Position numbers and translations under genes: made by a program | Notes under the pieces: generated by a model | Seen by the model: only the letters and a program-made list of their open reading frames with translations | What the model was told of the DNA's origin: nothing | Database searches by the model: none | Source: Coniocarpon cinnabarinum | Lineage: Eukaryota | Reading direction: 5' to 3' | Assembly: GCA_051942205.1 (NCBI GenBank) | Contig: JAVECO010000002.1 | Span: 186,001 to 250,000 of the forward strand | Length of the DNA: 64,000 bases | Shown here: positions 29,814 to 42,418 of the stretch, piece after piece | Numbering within the stretch: the first letter of the stretch is position 1 | Layout of the letters: the number at the start of each line of letters is the position of its first letter

Positions 29814-30861
29814 ATGAGGCTCACCTTGGCTTTCGCTCTAACAGCGCTTGCCATCATTGGCGCTGCAAACCCATTAGGTATGTTCAACTTCACCTCAGTC
29901 GTTCGCCTACATTCCCGAGGTTTAGTAGTCCTAGACTCGCATTGGGATAAGAGTTTCCTTTCGGACGGCGTCCCTTTCATAATTTTCATTGCGCTAGGTT
30001 CCCCTTCTTTGCCCAGAAGACAAGAGCAACACAACAATATGTGTTCCTCTTCTCGCAGCAAGCGCTCCGGACCATCTCTCTAACAGAACGATAGCTGCCC
30101 CTGAACCAGATTCAGACGCCGCAGAGGCCGAATTTGCTCACCCGTCCGCTGAGGTGACGGCTGTTCTAGCAGAACGGACGGCTGAGCCAGAGGCAGACCC
30201 CGAGCCAGTCAACAGCACACCGAAGGGAGCGAAACATCCCAAATCCAAGAGCCGTCCGCACAATTCGGTCCCAAGAGTCACCCCACATGTTGCGGAGGCC
30301 GAGCGGACGTCGTTCGTCACCTCCATCGCTGATGTGCCGTCGGTGCTTGCAGAACGGACAGCGGAGCCGGAGCCGGAGCCGACTGCTGCGGCCCAGCCAG
30401 AAGTAGCCGCCGAGGCCAAGAAGAAGAACACCAAATGCAATAGCGCCATCGCCGGCGCCACACATTGCAAGTCAAATAAGCCGCCTCGCTCTGCAGCGCC
30501 AGAGCCGACCGCTTTCGTCGCTGCAGGACCAGTTGCTGTCGAGGAGCGAGAAGTTGACGCCGAGGCTAAGAAATCCAAGAGTAAGAAGCCCTCTACTGGT
30601 CCTAAGAGCATGAGCAAGAGTCGGAAACCCCCACGCGATCCTGCGCCCGAGCCGACCGCTTTCGCAGAGCCCGTCGTTGAAGAGGCAGCTGCTGTTGAAG
30701 AGCGCGCCGAGGACGCCGAGGCCAAGAAACCGAAGAGTAAGAGCAGCTCTACTGGTCCCAAGAGTAAGGGTAAGAAGAAGAGTAAGAGCAGCTCTACTGG
30801 TCCTAAGAGTAAGAGTCGGAAGCCGCCACGCGCTGCGGTGCCTGAGCCGACTGCTGCTTAG
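29814..30861 (+). CDS. Secreted repeat precursor with acidic X-A/X-P spacers and Lys-rich peptides (exons 29814-29877, 30095-30861)
   Basis: Signal peptide MRLTLAFALTALAIIGAA-NPL. Intron gtatgt...ctaac...atag. TATA-like ATATAAG at ~29709. Repeated VLAERTAEPE and KPPR..PEPTA units. Confidence 0.78.
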
Positions 30862-31649
30862 CGTCTTTTTCGCTGGTGAATCGGCTGTCTCCGTGCAGTC
30901 GACGGCTTGATCGGGAACCAGCGCAAAGACTGCGATCTGATGTCTTGCCTAGCCATGTAGTCGAGCAGATGCGAAAGTTATGGGATCCTATCTGCGAAAT
31001 CCGTGTCGCTAGATTCTCTTGCGTTTCAGAGTTTTGCTTTACAAGCAGTGGATGTTGACATGATTTGTGTGATATCGAGCCAGGATATGGATTCATGTCG
31101 CTCTTTTGACTAATTTTCATTCCCGCCGAGCTTTTGTCATTTCGTGCGCTTTAGCAGGCTCATACATGGGGAATGGACTTGTAATCCAATGAGGACAGTT
31201 TTCCTCTGCATTGCCCCTGCTCGTTCGCCAATGTGTCCACTCTAAGATGAACCCTGTTTCACCATTTCACTTTCTTCGGACCATCGCGATGATACATCCG
31301 AAAGCTGCAATTTGCGGGCTAGACGACTCGCACTCGAGGTCTCTCATCGATGAACAGTTCGTAAGCACGGGCCGTGACGATTTGTAGGTAAGACGAGCAT
31401 GAACAGCGTGATTCATGGACAAGAAAATTCCACTCAAGGAGTTCCGCCGTCGACGAGACTCCTAATGAGACGGTATGATTCTGGAAATGGACCAAATAGT
31501 CAGCAAACTACTCGAATCAGATCCCGGCCTATGAAAACAGTTGGGATACCACGAGTCGAGAAAGAGAGATCCCCATGACGGAATGTGGGAACTTCAACGT
31601 ACTTATCATGTTCGCAGACTTCCATTGCATGGTTTGAAGTAGGGTGCTA

Positions 31650-34100
31650 GTGCCAGAATGGCGGAATCGGACTCAGCGATTTTTTCTCCATTCGTAATGG
31701 ATTTTGGCCATCTTTTTCGATTCTGCGCACTATTTCCTCTTTGTTCTCAAATCGCTACAACTTCACTTTCGCTGCGTCTAATTCTTATGGAAGAAATTCG
31801 ATCACCTGTATCGTCTTTGTACACGACTTTCATCTTGTTTTCGGATCGCGACACCGCCACTTTCGGCGCATCTTATTCTTACACTAGCGAAAAGTTTGCC
31901 ACTTCTTACTCTTCGCTACACTGAAGTCTTGTCATGCCTTGATTTATCTTCTTTTAGCTTTCGCCACATCGAATTTTGATCTACTTAGCCTGACTTTTGC
32001 CACACCTTACTAAGTTTGAGTCAACATTCGTCACATCTGAACTGGAGTTCTGCCATGTCTTATTCTAACCATATGGAACTTTCGCCATGCCCTCGTCCTG
32101 ATAATCCTTATTATCACATCTCCATTCCACCGCAGCTATTTCTGCCGCTGAGGTCCATCGCACGTGGCGTTCGCGGCACTGACTCAGTTAACAACCATTT
32201 TTCGTCCTTTCCTATCTCTTTTTCTTCTTCTTCTTCTCCCATCTCACTTTACCCTCCTTATTTCGCCCCTCATCTTTTCAGATGAAAACGTCAGGAACGG
32301 CTCTCTCTCAGAAACGGCTCTCTCTCAGGAACGGCTCTCTCTCAGAAACGGCTCTCTCTCAGAAACGGCTCTCTCTCTCTCTCTCAGGAACGGCTCTCTC
32401 TCAGCAATGCTCCACCTTGCTGTGTACAATAAATTTTCCGGATCACAGCGAGGCATGCCAGACATAGAATTGATGTACGTGTGACAGTTACCAAACGGGG
32501 ATATGGAATTTAGATTTCGGATTGGGGTTTATCTCGTGCTTAGCAGGGAGCCACGAACGCGATCCAGACGCATGACGTTTCGAAAACCAATTGATTGAGA
32601 TTTCGATTGCTCTAGTATGAAATCTTACAGCTTCACTGAGTTTCTTTTACTCAGATTCAGCATCAATGTCAAAATCACGTTTCACAATCACGTTTCGAAT
32701 CTATTGACAATCACCTTCAGAATATTCCACGACTCATTTTCAAACCATTTTAGAAGCTCATTCAAATCGACTGAAAACGTTAAGACGATTCTGATCTCAA
32801 GACGATACTTCTCTACATGAACTCGAGATCCTGATATCACGCCACGAATGGCGTGTCTGTTCTCTAAGATGACATCTCTTAGGTGATATCCTGCTTAAAT
32901 CATATTCCGCTTATCACGCCTCATTTGTGAATGTATCAGTGTTTTGCTAAGGTATCGTTATGTAACATCTCAGGAGTTTGATACAATGCCAGCACTGCCA
33001 GACTCCAAAATCCAGTGACAAGAGCCTAAGCTCCTTGGATTTGTCGCTTCGCAACAATGATTTACTAATCTCGATATGACGGGCGTGACATACATCTCAA
33101 GAATTAATGTTTCGAAGTTTGTGCATTGCGATCTGACAGAAGTGATGGCAGCATTCTTGTTCCAACGTAGAGTGTTCTCATCAGCAGAAATGTGAGGACT
33201 TCTCAGCAAAGACGCAACTTTGTTGAGGGATGGATACCCGTGTAGTGTTGACGCACCATCACTTCTTTGCACTAATCGATGATGCAACGAGCCAATGTAA
33301 ACGGCATCGACATCGTCGGCCGTTTGGTGATCAAAATTTCATTTCCAGTGTCTTGCAAAACTCGAGGTACTTGGATCTCAAGATATTTGCAAATTAATTA
33401 CCCACAATGTGGCCATTGATGATCTTGCCCTTTAGTGTTGTGGACCCCTATCGCGTTATAATGACGACCGTCCGAAATTTGCTCAGTCAAGGTATAGAGC
33501 AGAGTGATATATCATAGAATGCATAATACATCTCATTACATACAAAAAGCTCAATGCCACTACCCTTTAACGTCTAATTCGAGCTCAACGCTTTTAAAAA
33601 AGCAGACAATAAGTGAGTCGTAAATAGCGCGTGCTCAGTTTATTGTTTTTTTTTTTCCTTAAATTAGCATACCTTAATATTCTACTTCTCTATTCTTTGC
33701 TATTAACTATACGTTATCTTAAAAGTAATAGTATGATCTTCATTCTTTGCCACGGACATTCTGCTCTCTCACAGATTTCCCCTCTCTTGCGTTCTGCCCT
33801 CTCCTGCGACTTGCTCTTTCACGGGGCTTACCCTCCCCTGCGTTTTGCCCGCTCCTGCATTTCTGCTCTCTCCCGTATTTTTTCTCTCTCCTGCACCGTG
33901 CCCTCTCTTGTGTTTTGCACTTTCCAGAATTCCGCACTTTCGAGCACTCCACTGCCGTCAATTCTTAATTCTTCGGGTGTTTTGCCGTGGCATCATGCCT
34001 ATGCGAAACGCGCTCGTCAGGAACGTGCTCGAGCGTCGATTTCTCTGTAATCAACTGCACAGGTAACTTCGGAAATTACTGCTACTCTTCTAAGCCTCGA
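31650..34100. other. Gene-free degenerate tract (possible decayed gene or TE relic)
   Basis: No credible ORF. It has strand-asymmetric pyrimidine-rich blocks (31700-32290, 33740-33960) and an AT/TpA-rich patch (~33500-33740). Confidence 0.3.
32292..32404 (+). repeat. Minisatellite, 6 copies of 17-bp CAG(G/A)AACGGCTCTCTCT, one with an expanded (CT)n
   Basis: Read directly. Units are contiguous, with no spacers. Confidence 0.9.
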
Positions 34101-34548
34101 GAGCTTGGTAATGATGGCATGGTTCCGATACTGAGCGCTGTCATTTGAGACGTTTGTCAACCACCAAATTCTTCGCTCCCGCGGCTTGTGAGTTTCCAGT
34201 GAAGTTTCCGCTACCGCACGGATCTCGCCTGCCAGACAGCCATGTCAATGTCCAGTGTTTTTCTAAAGCTGATTGCGACTTCACAAAGTGAAGGTCTACA
34301 ATTTTCTTGTTTTAGACGTGAGCCATTGCACGTAAGAGCTGTGTCATGTTGCTGCGACTTACGATGTCTGCGACCGGCGCTACCAGGTTTGTAAATGCCT
34401 GTGGTGTTGTGCAGTCACTGCTTGATTCGTAATAGGTACTTATCTCAATACCTCGGTATCTCCTTCCGAACAACGTGAGTGGCACATGGTGGTTTCATCT
34501 GGATTGCTCCCGTTATGCCGGGACTTGTGGCTCCAGGGTTCGTGGTTG

Positions 34549-36618
34549 TTAAGAGACGCTTTCAGATCGCAAGTCCACTTCGCAAATTTCATCACGCATG
34601 CGCTTTCTCAATTTGGAGCAGATATGTGCACGCACATGCGCCTGCCCAACCTCTGCTGGGACCGAATCCCAAATCACGAGCTCGTCCTCATACATTTTAG
34701 CAGTAGCGTCAATTGTAAAGGCGCTCACTCCTGTGTGGAGCAGTTTGTCTATATGCACGAGAACCTGCAATTTGGTTTGGACAATGTCCAACTGCGACAG
34801 GATCACTTGCCCTGCTTTTCGCTCAAAGTCTCGCATCCAGCCTGATTTGCAACTTTTTGATCCATAAATCAGAATGTCCAAAATAAGTGGCAAGACTCTA
34901 TCGGTATCAGAGGAAAGTTGATCTATTGCCTCGAGAGCGCTAGGATCGTAGAGAACGTGCGGGTCCTCCAAGGTCTCGGCGACATTGTTCAAGCTCAAGG
35001 CCATGAGATTGAGTTGAAAAGCTAGTCTACTGACGAAGTCATCAGCACAGACGGGATTATGACTGAATTTGTGAATTTCTTTGGATATCTTGACGCCAGT
35101 TCGGGCACTATTACGCAACGAAGCGCACACCATCTGACACCTTGTTGGCAAGACTCGAGGCGTGTACTGGTGTAGCTGCTGCGATTGGCAATGTTGAGGA
35201 GCGTCCGTTACTGCGGCTGGCTCTACCCAATAGTGAAGTCTCACCCTCACAAAGTCGGAGGGCATATCGGGCCGCATGTGCGCTAGAGAGATGTTATCAT
35301 TCTTCGATACGCTGGGAGTCAAAGCGTTTGACAATTGAGGCCCCAGCGCAATTCCCGAGGAGGACTCTGCAACTCGTGTGCACTCTTCAGACACAATCTC
35401 TGTCATGCTGCTGTATAACATACCGCACTCACTGAAGACGATTAGTCAGCCAACATCCATACATTTATCGAAACATGGGCGTACCATGCAACAAAGTCCT
35501 TTCCCTCGGTGCTAACCTTATCGCACGCAGGACACCGGCCTTGAGGATTCAGACGGATATCAACATCAATAAAGAGCATCGTCATATCGATCTGCTGCTT
35601 CGGCTTGACCACACCATCCCAAGGCCGTTCTCGACGAATTTCCCTGTTGTTGCCAGTTTCTGAGAGCGCGAATTCTTTATCAATGATCTTTCGATGACCG
35701 TGCTGCCCACGAAATTTTACTTCCATGATGGCGTCGAAGGCCTCCCAGGTGTTGATGAACTGGACGTCGACCAAAAACTGTCTTCCAAGTGCATCAGTCA
35801 ATATGCACGGGGCCCAAACAGGCATTCTTTCCGTTAGAAGCCATGATAATTTGGTTTCGATAGACAAGACAGCATGATATGTCTGAAAAACGCTCTCTTG
35901 AAGTCTTGACATCGATGTCATGAGCTCAACTCCGAATCGGCGGAGCCAATAGAGTCTTGAGGCCGAGCAAATGGAACTTAGCATCACGTATGTACGCTTA
36001 GTGATGTCGACCGTATCATCCATCCTAGCGAGGATGCTTCGAAGAATTCCGACTTGTGTCTCATTTGACTTTTCGATTGTGATGTTCGCATCTTCAATAG
36101 CTTTATGAGTGCTTGCATGGTATTCCTCATTCAGAGCGCTAATCATAAGTCATTCAGTGCCAAGAGAAGCCAGAGAGCATCGTAACTCACATCGTCCACA
36201 GTCCCACAAGAGTCTGTAAAGAAGACGTCTGCGCTATCATCTGCGTGCGAAATTTCTCCACGTCCTTCGCCTCCAAAAGCTTCCACTGCAACTTTCTAGC
36301 CGCATCTTTGACACTGTTGCCAAAGCCACCTTCATGCGTGTACTTTTGATATTTCTGCACGAGCTCGAGAAAGGGTGTGGCTAGCGCATGGCAGTCGATG
36401 ATGACACGAGCGAGCGCAGTGCGAAGGGCGAGAGACACTGATGACGCGTTGCCTCGTCGTGTGAGTTCATCAACCTCATTCAGGACATCTTTGAGCACAT
36501 GCAGTTGCTCCTGAAGTTGGTCCACGTCCCGAGCAGAGCCGCGACAGTCGTCAAGCGCGTGCGCGATCTTGCCAATCAAGCCAGAAATGGCGAGGATGTC
36601 ACCAATGGACGGAATCAT
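34549..36618 (-). CDS. HeLo/SesA-like N-terminal domain + ubiquitin-like domain + CxxC..CxC knuckle protein (exons 36618-36191, 36138-35485, 35431-34549)
   Basis: N-terminal PSIGDILAISGL...RKLQW resembles fungal STAND N-terminal domains. LTDALGR...INTWEAFDA..EVKF...G..KI...EFAL...W...VKP.QQIDMTMLF...CPAC resembles the fungal ubiquitin-like domain. Canonical introns keep the frame. Confidence 0.75.
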
Positions 36619-36976
36619 GGTTGATTGTCATGACGTGCAGAGGTGTTCCTGTGCCCTTTCTCAGAGAAACCAGAAACAGGTGTGAGATGGGATGAAATGG
36701 AAGTCTGTGGATGCCTGATCAATGCCCGCCATGGCAGGCGCAGTGTCGCCTTAACGCCCCATGAGATAGCATGTATGCATGGCTGAGTTGACCGACCTGC
36801 ATTAGCGTCATTTGAGTACACATACATATATGCTCGCCTCAGAATCATGAAAGCTGTCTCCCATGAGCATGCTGTTCTTGATCTTGAAGAACTATACTGC
36901 TAGATCAAAGCCATCAGCGACTCCATACCATTCTCTCGCTGGACGTCATTCTACGATGGTCGTATGCAACATTACA

Positions 36977-39900
36977 TTAGAGCAAATAAAGTGCCAGTAT
37001 CCACGCTATGCAAATCGTGAAGCCTAACCATCTCTTGATCTGCTTGCCATCCACCGCCGAGCTGGCCGTCGGCGCCGCGGCGTTATTACTCCCACTCGGC
37101 GGCCTCGAAGCGGACATATCAGGCGCACTAGGCGAACTCGTACTCCCGCTCGTCCTCGAGGTCATGCTCGCCGCTGTGCTCGTGCTATCCGTGTTGCCCG
37201 TATCCGTAGCAGTGACCACGCTGGAGAAAGATGCCGTGCTACTTCCATCCACCAACATCTGCCCATCCGGCCTGAGACTCAAAATATGTCCCGCTATTGT
37301 CGCCGCACTGCCGCCCGCCGTGAGGGTCATACCGCTGCCTAGCACATTAACAGGGGTCGTCATGCCGTCTTGACCAGTCACGACACCCGAGCTCGATTCC
37401 ACGACGCTCACATCAGGTGCCAGACTCAGCAGCAAGCCGACCCCATCATCAGCATCGACACTTGACGCTGATGGAATTGCAGAAATCGGCACTGTATTGG
37501 CGGCACCTGAGCTTGCCACGACGAGCCCGTTTGAAGCAAGCGAGAACGTGGCGCCGAGGAGCGAGGTCGGTGCGCCACCTTGCGTGAGTGTCTGACTTCC
37601 GATGACAGCAATTTGCTGGCCATTCGGTCCAGTCGACTGTCGAGCCGTCACCGGTACTCCATTAAACAGACTGACGACAGCGCCGGAGCCTGAGGCATCG
37701 GGAGCAACAGCCCCAGCACCCGTGGCCAACGGCGCCATCGCCATTGTCGAGGCGGGAGCGGCACCAGCGGCACCGGTCTGCGAAGCGACGACATTGCCAT
37801 CCGAGTTCATGCTGAAAACAGCGCCGTTCGCCGTGACGGCGTGGCTTCCTGGTTGAATGGTGGATCCGGCGATTACGGCAGCGGCGCGGCCGTCAGCACC
37901 CTTTGCTTGTATCGCGGTGACGGGTGCAGAGTCTGCAGCAGGCGCGAAGACTGCTCCTACAGGCGCAGGTGTTGAGTCTGGTTGAGTAAAGGGTATATCT
38001 GAGCCACCGACGTTTAAGCCGCCATTGGCGTTCGCGCTGAGTACCTGGCCTTGAATGGTTGCGGCCGGACCGCCTGGTCGGAGAGTGCTGCCGCCGACAG
38101 CGATGCCACTTGGTGGATCGGTGGGATGGGAGCCAGGCGCTTGAATTTGCGTTGCGATGAGGGATGGACCACCCGCAACTGGTATTACTGCCTCGGGAGG
38201 TGGCTGGTTGTTTTGACTGTCTGCTGCGCCGGCATTCGCGCCCGCACCCTCGCTACTAGTTCCTGATCCTGAGGATGGTTGAGAGAAGTCAGACGGGCCT
38301 CCGTTTGGAGCAGGATTCTGGTTCTGAACAGGTCCTGAATTTGAGCTGGGACCAGAGTCTTCGCCCGTGTCAGAGCCTGGTTGTGCAGGTGCCTGAGATC
38401 CAGGCGCAGGTACCGAGGCGTCCGGTGCTGCTGATTGACCATTAGACGGCGGGTCATGTTGCCCCGCATTAACTGGCGGAGCATTTAGTCCTGGGTCAGC
38501 ATTAGCGCTTGGACTATTCAACGCCGGCTCTCCATTGTTGTTTGAACCAGGGGCATTCAGAACCGGAGCTGCATTGTTGCCAGCAGCTGACCCTGGGTTC
38601 GAGTTTTCTGGATCCGAGTTTTCTGGATCCGTGTTCCCTGGATTCGAGTTCCCTGGATTCGAGTTCCCTGGAGTCGGATTTCCGGAGTTCGATCCAGAGG
38701 AGCCCTGTGCCGGAACTGCATTGTTACTTGGGCCAGGAGCGGGAGCCACACCTCCACCGCCCTGCTGCTGGTTTGAGCCAAATCCAGCAGCAATGAAAGA
38801 AGCAATACCAGAACCACCACCAGGGGAATTAGGTTGATTAGGTGCAGGTGCGGGTGCGGGCGCTGGTGCTGGCGCAGGGGCTGGGTTGCTTTGAGGGTCG
38901 TTGCCATCACCTTGTTGAGTGTTTTTGGGTGGGGACTGACCAAAGAGACCCGGTGCTTGAGGATCGTGACTGGGGTCTTGCCCATTCTTTGCCGACGGGT
39001 CACCATTCACAGGTGCTTGTGGGTCAGACTGCGCTGGAGCAGAATGTGCCCCAGTTGGATCAGCTTGTGAGGGTCCAACAGGATGACTCGGATCTTGACC
39101 TGCTCCTTGCTGCGCGCCTGGATCAGCCGAGTCACCGCCACCGCGGGAGGGTGTGGGTGGCGGTTGAGGATTCGCAGTATTAGGTGGACCCACTGACAGT
39201 CCCGATCCCGGGGCTGGCGGGTCTTGAGTGGGCTGAATTGGTGCTTTGCCAGTTGGCGTCACTTGCGCGAAGTTGGTCGTGGCAATGGGGATAGGTGGAT
39301 CGTAGATACTGCGCCCAGTCAGTATGCCCTCTTTCGGGTACTTGGGAGAGATGTTCATGGCATCACTCACCCGTCCAGCGCCACGATACAGTCGGCCCAT
39401 GCTGGATCCATGGCACGAAGTTGGGATGGAACCTGTCAGCTGTGTAAGCCCAAGCTGAGCTCGTCTTGACATGATACTCAACAGAACGTACCGGGATGTA
39501 AGCACGATAGTCGTTGCTGATTATAGTATTGGTGAGCTGAAAGTAATGTGACGAGGAAGGATCAACTGGGTAGGGGAGGTCTTTGTTTCCGTTAGTACTT
39601 GAAGCTTTCACCCGCCCCAACCTCCCAACACTCACCAGTCGCTCGAAAGAAGTAGTCAGAAGCAGGCACCGGTCGTTGAAGATTGAACAAGTTGTAGGGC
39701 TTGGCTATTTGCGTAAAGTTCAAAGCGCCGGCTGTGCTGGAGGCTTCTGGTCCTTGTCCCGATATGATGAGGCTCAACTCGCTTTGCCATGGGCCGCTAA
39801 AGCCTGAAATGTGCTCCTCCACGCTTTGCAGATTTTCAGGGGCCATCGAGATGATGGTCGTGGCAATCGAAGCAGATCCGACTGAGCCCACCCGCGATTG

Positions 39901-41053
39901 GAAAGCACCGTTGTAAACTTTCGTTGCGCTGATGCCATTGATTGCAAGATACACAGACGGCGATGTCATGACGATCGTGTTATTCGAGGAATTCGCAACG
40001 CCGCTGACGGAGTCAAGCGTGATGGTTGCAACACGTCGCCCGACTGGTGGGGCCACCGTTGCCCAAGTCTCTCCGTTAGTACCGTCGCAAGAAGGACTTC
40101 CAGTAGTGGTGGTCGGCCAGTAGTAGAGCTGGACTGAACTCGCTGCGATGGTGCAGGTCTGAAAGCTATCCGGGATGGCTTCCAAGCAAGTCATCAAAGG
40201 GTTAAATGTGCCTCGCGTGGCGAAAAAGTCATGAACCAGGGTGCAGTCAGAGTCGGGGAAACTGCATGTTGGCATGGGCCCGGGTGCACTAGTAGCATCG
40301 CCACTGCATACGGGGAGCTTGGTGACTTCCGCCGTGGATGAGACTGTTGCAGTGACGGTATATAGCTCGTCACTCAGGATGGTGGTTTGAGGCGTGTAAT
40401 TAGCAGTGACACGCGGGAATCCGTCGCAGATAGTTGTATAAGCTGAGGAAGGGGGAGGAAGAGTTGACGTGACTGTCCAGTCTGAAACAGTTCCTGTGGT
40501 GCCTGGGATCGACAGAGGATGCCAAATGGTTGTCTCAACATCACCGCCACCCATACCTTGAGCGCTGAACCAGTTCCAAATATTGGACATGCACGCATGG
40601 GCATATTCAGAGCCAGACCCTGTTGGTGCGATTGAAATAGAACTAAAGCTCGGGATGTGAGCGCATTGTCCATTGGTACCATTCGACGCGCCTGACGAGG
40701 TGGTGGGCGTGGATGTGATTGGCAATCCAGCCGCGTCTGTGCTTATCGTAGAGGACGCTGCTGTGGAGGCATTTGGTGACAAGGACGCAGGATCCGTCGT
40801 CGCGGCAGAAATGCTCAATGAACTCTGTGAAGAAGACAGGGCGGTTGATGATGTTGAGCCAACGACATTGCTGGAGCCGTTGACGACTATTCCAGACATG
40901 TCAGCCATCCTCGGTTTGTACCCATGGCCAAACGGCATTGTCGACATCCAAGCGAATTGAATAGTATTGACGAGAAATGCTGTACTTACCACCGGCACAC
41001 TGCCCAACCGCGGTGAATAATGTCAGTAACAACAAAGAAAGCAAGTGAATCAT
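36977..41053 (-). CDS. Large secreted S/T/P/G-rich, probably GPI-anchored cell-surface protein (exons 41053-40990, 40886-39636, 39580-39492, 39432-39371, 39308-36977)
   Basis: Signal peptide MIHLLSLLLLTLFTAVGQC. Motifs CTI.ASSVQLYYWP and TSPSVYL, plus the spliced VPSQLRAMDPAWADC..LDGIYDPP. Repeated 'GSTL.PGG.A.TI.G..LS' units and a hydrophobic C-terminus. Confidence 0.8.
38595..38675 (-). repeat. 15-bp coding tandem repeat (PGNSN/PENSD pentapeptides)
   Basis: PGNSNPGNSNPGNTDPENSDPENSNPG within the cell-surface gene. Confidence 0.75.
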
Positions 41054-42418
41054 TTTAACACCTCCACGCCACAGAGAATTATACAGCGAACGAACAGCTG
41101 ACGCTTCTCGTCTCGGGAAAGACAGACGCGGACCTGATGTAAAGGAAAGGAAAGGGCATGCCACAAGATAGAAGGGAACGCAGAGCAGAGATCAGCCTCA
41201 GAACCTAACATGGCGCTGGTCTTGAAACGGTAAACGGTACAGCGGTGCAAGATTAGACGTGATATGCATAGCGGCAGAACGTGCTTGTCGCATGAGCAGG
41301 CCCCTGTAGGTTGCTCAGACGAGGGCCAATGGCAGCAAGTGAGTGGCAGAGGGGGCGGCGCTTGGGCGGGCAAGTGTAGGCAACCAGAGGGGCTGTGCCT
41401 ATTATGAGGTGTTGGTCGCGTCGAGGCTGCTGCATGATTGAGTACCGAAAGGTAGCGAGTAGCGCTAAGACAGGACTATGATCGGCGACAGCGGAAGCAG
41501 TGCTGTGGCGTAGCCATGCGACAGCGCCGTCCAGATCTAGAGAACATCATCTTGCGATCCTTGCAGCAATGCAGACGACGGCCATTTATGTGAGAACTCA
41601 GGTCGGAAACATAGAGACGGGGTCAAAGACACCCCCAAGCCCCCAAGCCCCCAAACCAGCGAAAGATCTGTTGCAGGGCCAAGGGATGGGCGCGGGTCTG
41701 GAAGCAGAGTCTTCAAGAAGCATTGGCTGAGGCGTTCGACGGAGACGGCGAGAAAGCCATAAGGTGGTATGGGGCCAAAAGCATCCCGAGTAATGAGTTT
41801 TGTTTGAATGGAACCGCCGGGCCGGGAGGAGATCGCTGGAGCGTGGGATTCGTGGAGTATCAGATAGAGCGCAGACATTGAGGCAAGCCTTCCATTGCGC
41901 CCTCTCTATCCGATGGACTTCTTTCGTGGGGCTGTCAAACGAATGTCTGGAAGTGTGTTGTTGTTGTGCACAGGTTCTGCTCATTGCGTCCGGCTCATAG
42001 TCCGCTCGATGAAAGAGTTAAAGAAGGAGGCGGTGAAAGCAAAAAGGACGGCTTAAGATTTCGCGCTAACAGGCGCTGTGGTTCTGAAACAGAGCTATTT
42101 CGGAAAAAGACTAGCCCGTTCCGCTTGGCGCCAAAGGACTCTGCCCCTCACGTGCTCAAGCTGTATAATGGCTGTGTTATGGATTAAGATCATCGAGCCA
42201 GTCATGCTGCACAGACAGCGTCAAGTCATATACAAATCGATTATGTATAGTGAGCAAGCAGAAGTGTGCCTACCTCTTTGTACCTGTTGGCGAACCCCAA
42301 GCTGTCCTGATGCTATGCACCACACACCATGCATGCTGTGCAAACCGTCCAAAGCCACAACGCTATGCCACACACGCTTTTGTATATAGAAAACAGCTCG
42401 CGAAACAATGCTATATGC

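Noticed and set aside
32292..32404. CRISPR-like array
   Set aside because: The units are contiguous with no unique spacers, there are no cas genes, and the context is eukaryotic.
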